Below, piece by piece: positions 31,368 to 40,381 of a DNA stretch of 64,000 nucleotides (position 1 is the stretch's first letter; the number at the start of each line of letters is the position of its first letter). The stretch spans positions 3,777 to 67,776 of the forward strand of contig JBAUHS010000010.1 in the NCBI GenBank assembly GCA_049680405.1, written 5' to 3'. The stretch comes from Salaquimonas sp. Lineage in GTDB: Bacteria; Pseudomonadota; Alphaproteobacteria; Rhizobiales; Rhizobiaceae. The translations under genes and the position numbers were made by a program. Under the pieces are notes generated by a model, which had not been told where the DNA came from, searched no databases, and saw only the letters and a program-made list of their open reading frames with translations.

Positions 31368-32507
31368 TCAATTCAACGTCTGCTGAACCGTATTCAAACT
31401 ATCCACAAAAGCCGTGTCTGATTTGTGGTACTCAGAAGCCGATTTGATGGCCTGAATTGCTTCATCCTTTTTCCCCAATACCACATAAGCGCGAATCAAT
31501 CGCTGCCAACCATTCTTGTCATCAGGATTCTCAGCGAGCTTTTTCGCCAGGCCATCCACCATAGAAGCAATCATTTCATTGCGGTCTTCAGCGGTCATAT
31601 CTTTCGCCGCTTCGATTTGTTCAGCATTTGGCCCTGGTATGGAAGGGGATCCAGGCTGAGCAAGTTCTATATCTGCGGCACTGGCTGACTCGGCAAGAAA
31701 ACTTCTTGCGGCTGCCATCCAAGGCGAGGCATCCGTGCCCCCACGGATCAGATCCTGCCAAGCGGCCACAGCTTCTTCATGCTTGCCTTCCTGACCCAAC
31801 GCCATGGCAAGATAAAAGCGCGCCTTTGCGGAAGCTTTATTGGCAGCAAATTCTGCTTCAAATAACTGCTTTGCCTCAGCGGTTACCACTCCCTCTGATA
31901 CGGCCAGAATGGCTTCGCCTAGTGTGGCCTTGATTTCAGGTGTCTCGGGCGCCAGACGATATACATTTGACCAGGCGTTCAGTGCCGCATCGTAGCGCCC
32001 CATCCTGTTATAGACCGGAGCGAGAACGGCCCAACCTTTTGCATCTTGAGGGTTTTGAGCCAGATGTGCTTCAGCCCTCGAAACCAGTTCAGAAATCGAT
32101 TGATCTTCGGGAGGAGCAGAAAGCCGTGACGCGAGAGACTGATCAGACATTTCCGGATTGCCTAATGCTAGGTAAGCGCTGAGGGCAGCAACGGGAAGAA
32201 GGATAACGCCAGAGAAAAAAGCCATTCGAACACCCATTTTATGATCCGTTTTGGAATGGGTAGCTTTTGAGGCGTTTTCGGAAAGAAAAATGAGTTTACG
32301 TGCTTCTTCTGCCTTAGTGGCTTTCGCCATTTCAGGTGATACGCGGCCTAGCTCAACGTCTTTGTCGATTTCCGCAATGCGTGCTTTGTAAACCGCTTTG
32401 TCGAACTCAATTGCTTCCGGCGCTATGGTTTCACGCGCAGATAGAGGCAGTACTACACAAAGCGCTGCTACAAAGGTCAAAACTGCTGCAAAAATCCAAA
32501 ATATCAT
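31368..32507 (-). CDS. ccmI: Cytochrome c-type biogenesis protein CcmI (CycH), TPR-containing
   Basis: 379 aa. Two N-terminal TM helices and periplasmic TPR-like repeats. It sits in the cycH position upstream of ccmE/F/H. Confidence 0.8.
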   Translation of the reverse strand: MIFWIFAAVLTFVAALCVVLPLSARETIAPEAIEFDKAVYKARIAEIDKDVELGRVSPEMAKATKAEEARKLIFLSENASKATHSKTDHKMGVRMAFFSGVILLPVAALSAYLALGNPEMSDQSLASRLSAPPEDQSISELVSRAEAHLAQNPQDAKGWAVLAPVYNRMGRYDAALNAWSNVYRLAPETPEIKATLGEAILAVSEGVVTAEAKQLFEAEFAANKASAKARFYLAMALGQEGKHEEAVAAWQDLIRGGTDASPWMAAARSFLAESASAADIELAQPGSPSIPGPNAEQIEAAKDMTAEDRNEMIASMVDGLAKKLAENPDDKNGWQRLIRAYVVLGKKDEAIQAIKSASEYHKSDTAFVDSLNTVQQTLN

Positions 32508-32629
32508 CAGATCAATTTAGTGCCCGTGTGACCGAAATAAAAGTTTATTGGTTGTTTATAGGCTTAAAAAGACAACAGGTCGCATGCCTTTTCCGAATTT
32601 CGGATCAACATCTACCATTTAAACGTCAT

Positions 32630-33046
32630 TCAAGACAGAGGTTCCCACAATCCATCCTGATTGCGGCAGGCGGTTGCCTGAACGGATCGGGTCGGCCCTG
32701 CTCCCGATATGACATGGGAATAGGTCCGGCAAACGCGGTTTGACACTTCAAACTGCTGGCCAGGCGTGACCTCACCCTCGATCTTGTCTTCTGACTGCCA
32801 CTTCAAGGCAGCACCGGCGTTTCCCTTTGACAAGGCTTCTATTTCTGCATCCAGGGCCTTGCGTTTTGTTGCGATGTCCAGTCCCTGTCCAAATTCACCT
32901 GATATGGGCCCTTTGGACATAAATTCCCTTGGGCCTTGCTGCAGAGCATCTGAGCTGGACACGCAAGCAGACAGAATCAATAAAGCCAGCAAGGCAAATA
33001 GAAGGCTGAAGGGATGGAATTTTGCCAAGTCGTTAGACTTCATCAT
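32630..33046 (-). CDS. Small lipoprotein (surface-antigen-like), co-transcribed with the upstream kinase
   Basis: 138 aa. Lipobox LILSAC. Two Cys residues in the C-terminal part (RVCRTY...ATACRNQDG). The ATGA overlap with the kinase stop suggests translational coupling. Confidence 0.6.
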   Translation of the reverse strand: MMKSNDLAKFHPFSLLFALLALLILSACVSSSDALQQGPREFMSKGPISGEFGQGLDIATKRKALDAEIEALSKGNAGAALKWQSEDKIEGEVTPGQQFEVSNRVCRTYSHVISGAGPTRSVQATACRNQDGLWEPLS

Positions 33047-34404
33047 GTTTTTCCTTGTGTCGGAATTGTCAGGCTTGCCTTCAAACCACCCAATGGCGAG
33101 GTGGAAAGTGCGATACTTCCTCCATATTCACCAGCAATATCCTTTACAATAGACAATCCTAAACCGGAACCCGGTTTCGTCTCATCTATTCTTGTTCCTC
33201 TTTGAAGGGCGGCCTTCGCTTGATCAGCGCTCATGCCTACACCGTCATCTTCAATCTCGAGGGTGATCATATTTGCCTGCACATTATTTGTTGAGATTTT
33301 CACGGTTGATTTGGCGAATTTACTAGCGTTTTCCAATAAATTGCCAAGCATCTCCTCAAAATCCTGTTGCTCTCCTGCAAATAAAAGCGTCGCCTCACTA
33401 GCTTGGGAAAACACAAAACTCAAGTTGGGATTGAGCTTGGTCATCACCCTCAACAAGCGCTCAATAGCAGGGACGATATTGGTCCGAGACGTGATGGTGC
33501 CTGCTCTTGCAGAGATTCGCGCTCGGTCAAGATAGGTTTGAATTTGCGATTGCATCTGGCTAATCTGCTGCTCAATGATGTCGCGCAATTCCGGACGCGT
33601 TTTTGCGCCTTCATTCTTTAGAACTGCCAAGGGAGTTTTCAAAGAATGCGCTAGATTGCCAACCTGGGTTCTTGCCCTTTCAATCACTGATTGATTTGAT
33701 GAAATAAGTGAATTTGTTTCATCAATGAGCGGCTGAATTTCTAACGGATATTCGCCATCCAGTTTTTCAATCTTGCCTTCACGGATATCGCCGAGTTTCT
33801 GTGTTGCCTCGCGCAACGGTGACAAACCAATGCGGACAATAAAATAGGTCACTAAAACGAAGCCGAGGGCAAACAGGCCAAGTACCAATAATAACTGTCG
33901 AACAAACTGGTTCACCTGACGGTCAACTTCTGATCGGTTACCGGTAATTTTAAATGAATATAGATTTTCGCCATCTCCCAGGAAGGCTTGAGCCTCAATA
34001 GCAACCAACTGGTTTCCGACCTTGTCTGCTATCCTGCTTTTACGCTGAAAGCTCTCATCAAATACTGTCGATAGCGGAATGTCTATTTGCTCGCCAACGA
34101 GTGAAGACGACGAGATTTGATTGGAAGGATTGGAAACTTCAATGACGGACCAATAATAACCCGATTGAAATGCTTGAAATCTGGAATCCCGCAAATCCGG
34201 ACGGCCGACCAAATTACCATTAATATTGGGAGAAACACTCCCCATGATATTATAAAGATTAGCGGTCAGACGGTCCGTGAGATTTGTTTCAACGCTTTCA
34301 CGGTAATTTTCACTGATGATCCATGCCACCAGTGCAATCGCGAAAACCGCCCAAATTGCAGTGAGAAAAAATAAGCGTCCGGTTAGAGTGCGGATCCGCC
34401 TCAA
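33043..34404 (-). CDS. HAMP-domain sensor histidine kinase (FeuQ-like by position next to cycHJKL)
   Basis: 453 aa. Two TM helices, HAMP, H-box NLAHSLKTPLAVL, and G-boxes GSGLGLSIV. Overlaps the regulator gene by 4 nt. Confidence 0.85.
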   Translation of the reverse strand: MRRIRTLTGRLFFLTAIWAVFAIALVAWIISENYRESVETNLTDRLTANLYNIMGSVSPNINGNLVGRPDLRDSRFQAFQSGYYWSVIEVSNPSNQISSSSLVGEQIDIPLSTVFDESFQRKSRIADKVGNQLVAIEAQAFLGDGENLYSFKITGNRSEVDRQVNQFVRQLLLVLGLFALGFVLVTYFIVRIGLSPLREATQKLGDIREGKIEKLDGEYPLEIQPLIDETNSLISSNQSVIERARTQVGNLAHSLKTPLAVLKNEGAKTRPELRDIIEQQISQMQSQIQTYLDRARISARAGTITSRTNIVPAIERLLRVMTKLNPNLSFVFSQASEATLLFAGEQQDFEEMLGNLLENASKFAKSTVKISTNNVQANMITLEIEDDGVGMSADQAKAALQRGTRIDETKPGSGLGLSIVKDIAGEYGGSIALSTSPLGGLKASLTIPTQGKT

Positions 34405-35102
34405 GCATCGTCCCCTTGCTCAGTTTCCCCTGATGATGCGGCAACCATTCTATATCCAAGACCACGAACAGTTTCGATAAACTCACCATTCAGCTTCTTG
34501 CGCAGACGCCCAATGAAAACTTCAATTGTGTTGGAGTCTCGGTCGAAATCCTGATCATATAAATGCTCAGTCAATTCAGTGCGGGAAAGAACCTTGTCCT
34601 GATGATGCATCAGATAAGATAATAATCTCAATTCATGGGAGGTTAATTTGACCGGATTGCCGTTCAACGTCACTTTGGATGTGCGAGTGTCAAGCATCAG
34701 CTTTCCGCAGCTGATTTCCGATGCTGCGTGTCCGGCGGAACGGCGAATGAGCGCACGAACCCGCGCCATGACTTCTTCAATGTGAAAAGGTTTGGTGACA
34801 TAATCATCTGCCCCGGCATCAATGCCTGAAACCTTGTCATTCCAGCGATCACGAGCGGTCAAAATCAAAACCGGCATTTTACGATCATCGCGGCGCCATT
34901 TTTCCAGAACTGTGATGCCATCCATTTCAGGTAGGCCGATATCCAGAACTATTGCGTCATAGGGTTCAGTATCGCCGAGAAAGTGGCCTTCTTCACCATC
35001 AAAAGCTTTGTCGACCGCATATCCGCCGTCTTCAAAGGCATCGACCAATTGGCGGTTCAGATCCCTGTCGTCTTCAACGATCAATACCCTCATGAAATCC
35101 AT
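34401..35102 (-). CDS. OmpR-family response regulator (FeuP-like by position next to cycHJKL)
   Basis: 233 aa. The receiver MRVLIVEDD...DLGLPEMDG and the OmpR winged helix LTSHELRLLSYLMHH...VRGLGYRM. The start may be the Met at 35093. Confidence 0.9.
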   Translation of the reverse strand: MDFMRVLIVEDDRDLNRQLVDAFEDGGYAVDKAFDGEEGHFLGDTEPYDAIVLDIGLPEMDGITVLEKWRRDDRKMPVLILTARDRWNDKVSGIDAGADDYVTKPFHIEEVMARVRALIRRSAGHAASEISCGKLMLDTRTSKVTLNGNPVKLTSHELRLLSYLMHHQDKVLSRTELTEHLYDQDFDRDSNTIEVFIGRLRKKLNGEFIETVRGLGYRMVAASSGETEQGDDA

Positions 35103-35140
35103 CCAGTTCTACTGAGAATCAATTCTTTAAGTTGTTCAGA

Positions 35141-35374
35141 TTAGCCTTTGAAGGATTTGGTGACCACCCTTGGTGGCTTGCCATTTTGGCCGGGGATTCG
35201 AAATGTTGCTTCGCACTGACCATTTCCCTGATCAGAAACGCTCAATACTTCGGCATTATCTTGAGCTGCTACATTTCTTGCTTGAGCCGCGCAATCAGCT
35301 GCCTGCCCCAAAGAGGGAGAGGTTACAAAGGTGATTATTGCAATCACAAAAAATGGTAAAGCGCGTGTTTTCAT
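35141..35374 (-). CDS. Small exported protein (PepSY-like?)
   Basis: 77 aa. The signal peptide MKTRALPFFVIAIITFVTSPSLGQA is followed by a two-Cys domain of about 50 aa. No confident family assignment. Confidence 0.45.
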   Translation of the reverse strand: MKTRALPFFVIAIITFVTSPSLGQAADCAAQARNVAAQDNAEVLSVSDQGNGQCEATFRIPGQNGKPPRVVTKSFKG

Positions 35375-35437
35375 GATGCAGTCTTAGCATTGTAAATCTG
35401 AACGGGAAATGAATACATCATCTCCTCAGTGTGTTTT

Positions 35438-35662
35438 CTACTCTGAACAGATCGCACCTAAAACAGCATTGTGTTCCGCGATTTGCATGACTGTCTCCTC
35501 CGCATCTTCATGTTGCCAGATGATTGGTAAAAACGCTATGCATATCCAAGCAAAGTCATTGCTCAGCTGGATTGCGGATTGCGGCCTTGTTGAGCTAGTC
35601 GTCTTGCAACTTGTCAGGAGCAATATCGCGACTATGCTTAGCAGAATGAGAGGCCCGGACAT
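35438..35662 (-). CDS. o-spanin-like (Rz1/LysC-like) lipoprotein, overlapping the preceding ORF out of frame
   Basis: From the internal ATG at 35662, MSGPLILLSIVAILLLTSC has a canonical lipobox. The C-terminal PIIWQHEDAEETVMQIAEHNAVLGAIC resembles the PI..S..D...T..QI..HN....C pattern of alphaproteobacterial phage Rz1-type proteins. It overlaps the 3' end of 35595..35831 by 68 nt. Confidence 0.45.
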   Translation of the reverse strand: MSGPLILLSIVAILLLTSCKTTSSTRPQSAIQLSNDFAWICIAFLPIIWQHEDAEETVMQIAEHNAVLGAICSE

Positions 35663-35831
35663 CCCGCCGGGCCTTGAGTGCTTTGATAAGCATATCATGG
35701 GAGTTTGCCTTGAATTGATTCTGGGTTTCGAGTTTGATCTTTTTGCTCAACTTTCGTTCAGACATGAAACGAACAAGTTGACGCAACAAACCAAGAATAG
35801 AAGCCAATACCGATAGCCATGCGGGAGTCAT
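35595..35831 (-). CDS. i-spanin-like protein (N-terminal anchor plus charged helical tail)
   Basis: 78 aa. The hydrophobic N-terminus PAWLSVLASILGLL is followed by a K/R/E-rich helix. It starts 2 nt after the stop of the holin-like ORF. Confidence 0.4.
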   Translation of the reverse strand: MTPAWLSVLASILGLLRQLVRFMSERKLSKKIKLETQNQFKANSHDMLIKALKARRDVRASHSAKHSRDIAPDKLQDD

Positions 35832-35833
35832 TT

Positions 35834-36040
35834 TCAGGAAATGATATCGGTGGCCGAAAGGCGGCCATAAATGGCTAGCAAGGAACCAGCGGCTCCGACC
35901 AATTGAACCAATATGCTTGCCAGTTCAGCCTGGGCTGCCTGATCAATTGATATCCCAATTGTTGCAGACAGGGCAGCAGCCACTGCAATAAGTGAACCCC
36001 AAATGGTTTTCGATTCGTACCAGGGTTTTTCTTCAACCAT
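35834..36040 (-). CDS. Holin-like small membrane protein (two TM helices)
   Basis: 68 aa. The helices are TIWGSLIAVAAALSATIGI and LASILVQLVGAAGSLLAIYG, with short polar ends. It starts 25 nt after the g15 stop. Confidence 0.45.
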   Translation of the reverse strand: MVEEKPWYESKTIWGSLIAVAAALSATIGISIDQAAQAELASILVQLVGAAGSLLAIYGRLSATDIIS

Positions 36041-36065
36041 GGATAATCCTTTCTTTGTTTCAGGT

Positions 36066-39000
36066 TTATTGAATTACGTTGAGTATTGTTTCCGGCCCTG
36101 AGCGGGAGCTGTTGGACAATTGAGATACGGCCAGAAAATATGCACTATCCAGCGCGCCAAGATCCTCCGAGCGATCTGTGTCAGAATAATTAAATTCAGG
36201 CGAAGTGGTGATTGTGGTTCTGATCTCCTGACCATCAGAATTTAAAACCCTGATGCGGTAACGCTCCAGTGTGAATTCGAGGGGAACTTCAGATACCTCC
36301 CAATTATCGCTATCGATGCGCGAACGCCTTATCCAAGAGAACTGGGAAAGCCCACTGTTTCTGGAGTGCCTCAAATGGCAAGGGCTTAAAGGCCTTGTGT
36401 TGATGCCCTCACAGACTGCCGTTTGTGTCACAAAAGTGCTATCTGAGAGATTGCTCCCAACAGGTCCAATTTTCCAATTTGTGAGCAACCCAACCTGGCT
36501 AAGGTTTTGAGTGACGGGCGTAATGGCCGCATCAAGCAGAACACCTGACGCCCCCATAGATGCGCCAATCAAAGCTTCCGCTTCGGTTCCCAACTGGCCG
36601 CGTAGCAAACCTGATAACCGCCAAGCCTTGGGCGCAATGAGATCGGCTGATTTGAATTGGATAATCTCCCAGTTTTCATTATCGCTTTGGACAGCCAAGG
36701 CGTTTGATCCGGAAAAGACCAGGTTGTCATCAAGCGATTCAAATTCGGAACTTGGATCGGTAACGATCAATTCCAGTTTTGCACTATTGTCCCAACGCCC
36801 ATAAGGACCGGGCTGCAAATCTTTCGACAGAGCAAAAATGGTTGCAGGGTCTATGATGCTGCCTACCCTTTGATAACCTGTTTCAATCGGTGAATTGTAT
36901 ATTGCATATTCCTTTTGCCACCGTACCGCGCTTGCGGCGAAATAGAGTCTGGGCACCGCATCCACGGTGGATTGGTCCAATGGCAGGTTCATGATCAAGA
37001 CTTCAGGTGCAGCATTCCCTATCACAGGGTTCGTCGCCTTCAGCTCAGGCTTTACCCAAGGCGATGCCTCGTCGAAGTAGCCAAAGCCAATCGCCCCGAT
37101 TTCCCGTCCCATTCCATCTATGATGTTATTGACCTGGAACTTTTCCCGTCGATCAATCTCGACAATGTCGCCCAGCCCTAAAGCTATATATTTCCAGGGA
37201 AGTTGAAACTTCGCTGCGTCCCTTGCCAGCCAAAAATCCCGAAGCCGGGCATTAGCCAACTTCATTGCACAAGCGCGATTTATCACTGATGACACTTCTA
37301 GCTTCACTTGACGGTCGCTTATCGTTTCGAGCCTTTTTGACGTCGAAGTAACTGTATCAAAGCCAGCATCAATGTCAGCGTGGGAGAGAATGATCTCCCG
37401 TGGCAGTTCGATTTCACTTTGGCGTGTAATAGACAGTTTGGATACGTCACCCTCTTGTATCATTTCGTCGGGAGATATCCTGACAACAGGACAGTAATCC
37501 TTACCGCTGAATACCAAAGAACCAGATTCTTCACTGACAGATATATTGTGCAATATCAGGACCGGCTCCAACGCAGACCGGATACTATTTTCGCCCGTTA
37601 CAACAAATCCATCAATATGGCCGTCCACTTTGCAAATAGGCTCTTCAAACTCGAAGTCCACAAAAAGCGCGCCGATAAGATCGTTGACCGGACATGTACC
37701 CAGACGTCCATTTAGCCAGTGGCCACGATACCAGTTTTCCCCATCGGACCACCCATCAAGGTTGTGGGGGAAAATCGGATAAGGTCGAGCATCCCAGGTC
37801 CACAGAAAAATATTGTCTGGTGAAACCATCCTTTGTAGATAGATGCTAGACATCGGGTTTACGTTGTCTTTGTCCGAATTGCTCTCGGACCAGTACTCCA
37901 GATGAGCCTGATTATAGCGCAGCGCAATCAGATCATCTCTACCTCCTTTGGAAAACCAGGGTGTGCCTGCTTCCGAAGACTTTGCGTCAATAAACAAATT
38001 GGGCTGATTTGCACCTCTGTCAATTGCCGGGCATCCCAGTTCAGTAAACCAGATGGGTTTGCTTTGTGGAACCCAATCTGTTGGCGTAGAAGAGCGAACA
38101 CCACCTTGCCTTTCGTGATGGGGATTGGCCCACCAGTTCTTCAAATCCTTGTAGGCCCAAACCCACTTCTCGCCACTTCCATCTGTGATGGGCGTTTGAA
38201 CCTGGTTCAAGCGTGCCATTTCATCATTGTAATACCAATCGAATCCTTCGCCACCGCTGATATTTGACTTCAAATAATTAGTGTCAAAAATCGAACTGAA
38301 TTCCGGCTGGGACGGATCAAGAGAGAAAGACCAATTGGCCAATGGCATATAATTGTCTATGGCGACGGCATCGATTGCCGATGAGGCCCAAAGCGGATCA
38401 AGATTGAAATAGACATCATTGTCAACATTCCCGGGGTGATACCCGAAATACTCGCTCCAATCGGCAGCATAACTGATTTTCGTTTCTGGCAACAAAACCG
38501 AACGGCAATCCGTTGCCAGTTGAACCAAGCCATCCACAAAGGGAAAAGCATCCTGATCATCCCGTACGCTGGTCAGACCGCGCATTTCAGAGCCGATCAA
38601 AAACGCATCAACCCCACCAGCTGCCTCGCACAAATGGGCATAATGTAAAATCATCCGCCGGTACGACCATTCTTCCGGGCCCGAGTAGTCAATCTTCTTG
38701 CCAGAAATTGAATAGTCATCCAATGCTGCCTGACCAAGGAATGCTTCAATCTGGTCATGCGCCAAGCTTGTCTGATCAACAGAAGATGCTTTTCCAATTG
38801 CCGGATGACAGGTTACTCGCCCGCGCCACGGATAAGGCGATTGTTGGGTGCCACCATAAGGATCAGGTAACGCGTTCCCAGCTTTAATATCCATCATCAG
38901 GAATGGATATAATGTCACCCTTAGACCTCGCGCCTTCAGATCGGCGATGGCGTCAATAACACTGTTATCAGAGGGGCTACCACCATAAGCGGGCAAGCCA

Positions 39001-39932
39001 TTTGCGGAGGTAACGATATTGGCGTCTTTGCGATTCAATCCAGACACTTTCCAGGATTTTCGTGCGTTGTCCTTGTGAGCCACTCTAGGCTCCACACTGC
39101 AGTTATCTGCCCTCAAATCAGTGCCGAACCAGGCCACTATCAATGATACATTTTCAAGATTTGGACACAAGGCCTGCAGTTCATCGATAGACGCTGCCCA
39201 GTCAGATTTGGCTATAAGGTTATGGCGATTTTCAGTTGTATCGCGTAGACTATGTATCTCCGATGAATAGCCAAATTCTGTTGCTCCCGGAATAACCGTG
39301 ATAGAACGTATTTGTTTATCAATAGCGGCTACCGAACGAATAATTTCAAAACTGACATGTGGGATCCTGTTGCCGAAATCTCCAAGGGGAAAGCGCTCGA
39401 AAACAACATAAGCAGTACCGCGAAAAGCAGGTGTTCTTCCGAAACCTTGTTTAGCCTCAATCAGAGGGTCAGGTAGTTGATCTTGTGTCCCAGTATGCTT
39501 TCTGATTTGGAATTTGGTTTGGTCAATTTCTTTTCCGTCAGCCCAAATTCTGCCAATATGACTGATCTCGCCTTCACAAATACCAATTGCAAAATTGCCA
39601 TAGTAACTGAAACTTTCACTTGATACAGATGGCCCGCCTTTTCCGCCTTTTTTTGAGACCGAGCGAACCTCTTCAAAGCGGGTTGCCCAAATCAGTTGGC
39701 CACCCATGCGAGTGCGCCCGTATACCCTTGGGACGACAGCACCGTCTGCAGCGGTCACGAACCGGCTATCTTCCAGACGACCACCACGAATGACCTGATC
39801 TTTTGTAAAAAGTTTTTGGTCGACTGCATAACCGGCTGCCGCTCCAACGGCTCGCCCAACTGCAGCGCCAACAGGTCCGCCTATCGCTCCGCCGATGGCC
39901 GCGCCAACGACTTGAAGTACAACTGTTGCCAT
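36066..39932 (-). CDS. GTA g15-type baseplate/host-specificity protein (glycoside hydrolase/phage-tail family, 'megatron')
   Basis: 1288 aa. The Gly/Ala-rich N-terminus MATVVLQVVGAAIGGAIGGPVGAAVGRAVGAAAGYAVDQ is followed by the PRVYGRTRMGGQLIWAT block conserved in RcGTA gp15 homologues. It is the last large gene of the cluster. Confidence 0.9.
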   Translation of the reverse strand: MATVVLQVVGAAIGGAIGGPVGAAVGRAVGAAAGYAVDQKLFTKDQVIRGGRLEDSRFVTAADGAVVPRVYGRTRMGGQLIWATRFEEVRSVSKKGGKGGPSVSSESFSYYGNFAIGICEGEISHIGRIWADGKEIDQTKFQIRKHTGTQDQLPDPLIEAKQGFGRTPAFRGTAYVVFERFPLGDFGNRIPHVSFEIIRSVAAIDKQIRSITVIPGATEFGYSSEIHSLRDTTENRHNLIAKSDWAASIDELQALCPNLENVSLIVAWFGTDLRADNCSVEPRVAHKDNARKSWKVSGLNRKDANIVTSANGLPAYGGSPSDNSVIDAIADLKARGLRVTLYPFLMMDIKAGNALPDPYGGTQQSPYPWRGRVTCHPAIGKASSVDQTSLAHDQIEAFLGQAALDDYSISGKKIDYSGPEEWSYRRMILHYAHLCEAAGGVDAFLIGSEMRGLTSVRDDQDAFPFVDGLVQLATDCRSVLLPETKISYAADWSEYFGYHPGNVDNDVYFNLDPLWASSAIDAVAIDNYMPLANWSFSLDPSQPEFSSIFDTNYLKSNISGGEGFDWYYNDEMARLNQVQTPITDGSGEKWVWAYKDLKNWWANPHHERQGGVRSSTPTDWVPQSKPIWFTELGCPAIDRGANQPNLFIDAKSSEAGTPWFSKGGRDDLIALRYNQAHLEYWSESNSDKDNVNPMSSIYLQRMVSPDNIFLWTWDARPYPIFPHNLDGWSDGENWYRGHWLNGRLGTCPVNDLIGALFVDFEFEEPICKVDGHIDGFVVTGENSIRSALEPVLILHNISVSEESGSLVFSGKDYCPVVRISPDEMIQEGDVSKLSITRQSEIELPREIILSHADIDAGFDTVTSTSKRLETISDRQVKLEVSSVINRACAMKLANARLRDFWLARDAAKFQLPWKYIALGLGDIVEIDRREKFQVNNIIDGMGREIGAIGFGYFDEASPWVKPELKATNPVIGNAAPEVLIMNLPLDQSTVDAVPRLYFAASAVRWQKEYAIYNSPIETGYQRVGSIIDPATIFALSKDLQPGPYGRWDNSAKLELIVTDPSSEFESLDDNLVFSGSNALAVQSDNENWEIIQFKSADLIAPKAWRLSGLLRGQLGTEAEALIGASMGASGVLLDAAITPVTQNLSQVGLLTNWKIGPVGSNLSDSTFVTQTAVCEGINTRPLSPCHLRHSRNSGLSQFSWIRRSRIDSDNWEVSEVPLEFTLERYRIRVLNSDGQEIRTTITTSPEFNYSDTDRSEDLGALDSAYFLAVSQLSNSSRSGPETILNVIQ

Positions 39933-40381
39933 TATGCAGATATGTCCTTTGCGGGAACGGGAAACTCAAAGCAACCTACAATTCGTGGGCGCCAATGATT
40001 GCCAAGAGATGATTGAATGACACCAACGCGCTCATAGGCATGAACGAAGGTGTTCTCGCTCATCAAAATGCCAATATGTTTTGCCGGTAAATTAGATTGC
40101 CAGCGAAACAGAATTGCTCGTCCGATGGCAAACTCTTGCGCTGGAATCATGTGTTCATGCGCCGCAGCGAACAAGTGTTCTTGGCTATCGGCCTCACCCC
40201 AATCGGCAGAATACGCAGGAAGCTTTTGAGGTTCGCAGCCATAGAGACGGCGCCAAACGCCTCGTAGCAATCCCAAGCAATCACAACCAACTTGTTTTTT
40301 GGAAGCCTGATGACGATAAGGCGTACCGATCCACTCCCGGCATTCCGCCAAGATGATCTCAGTAGTTAAATCTGTGTTCAC
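39932..40381 (-). CDS. GTA g14-type NlpC/P60 cell-wall peptidase
   Basis: 149 aa. The catalytic Cys context GCDCLGLLRGVW and a downstream His. The gene junctions on both sides overlap. Confidence 0.85.
   Translation of the reverse strand: MNTDLTTEIILAECREWIGTPYRHQASKKQVGCDCLGLLRGVWRRLYGCEPQKLPAYSADWGEADSQEHLFAAAHEHMIPAQEFAIGRAILFRWQSNLPAKHIGILMSENTFVHAYERVGVIQSSLGNHWRPRIVGCFEFPVPAKDISA

Noticed and set aside
35409-35816. 135-aa plus-strand ORF covering the region downstream of g15.
   Set aside because: It is antisense to three tightly coupled minus-strand ORFs that have coherent membrane and lipoprotein features. It has no RBS or recognisable motif, and every other gene from 19977 to 51141 lies on the minus strand.
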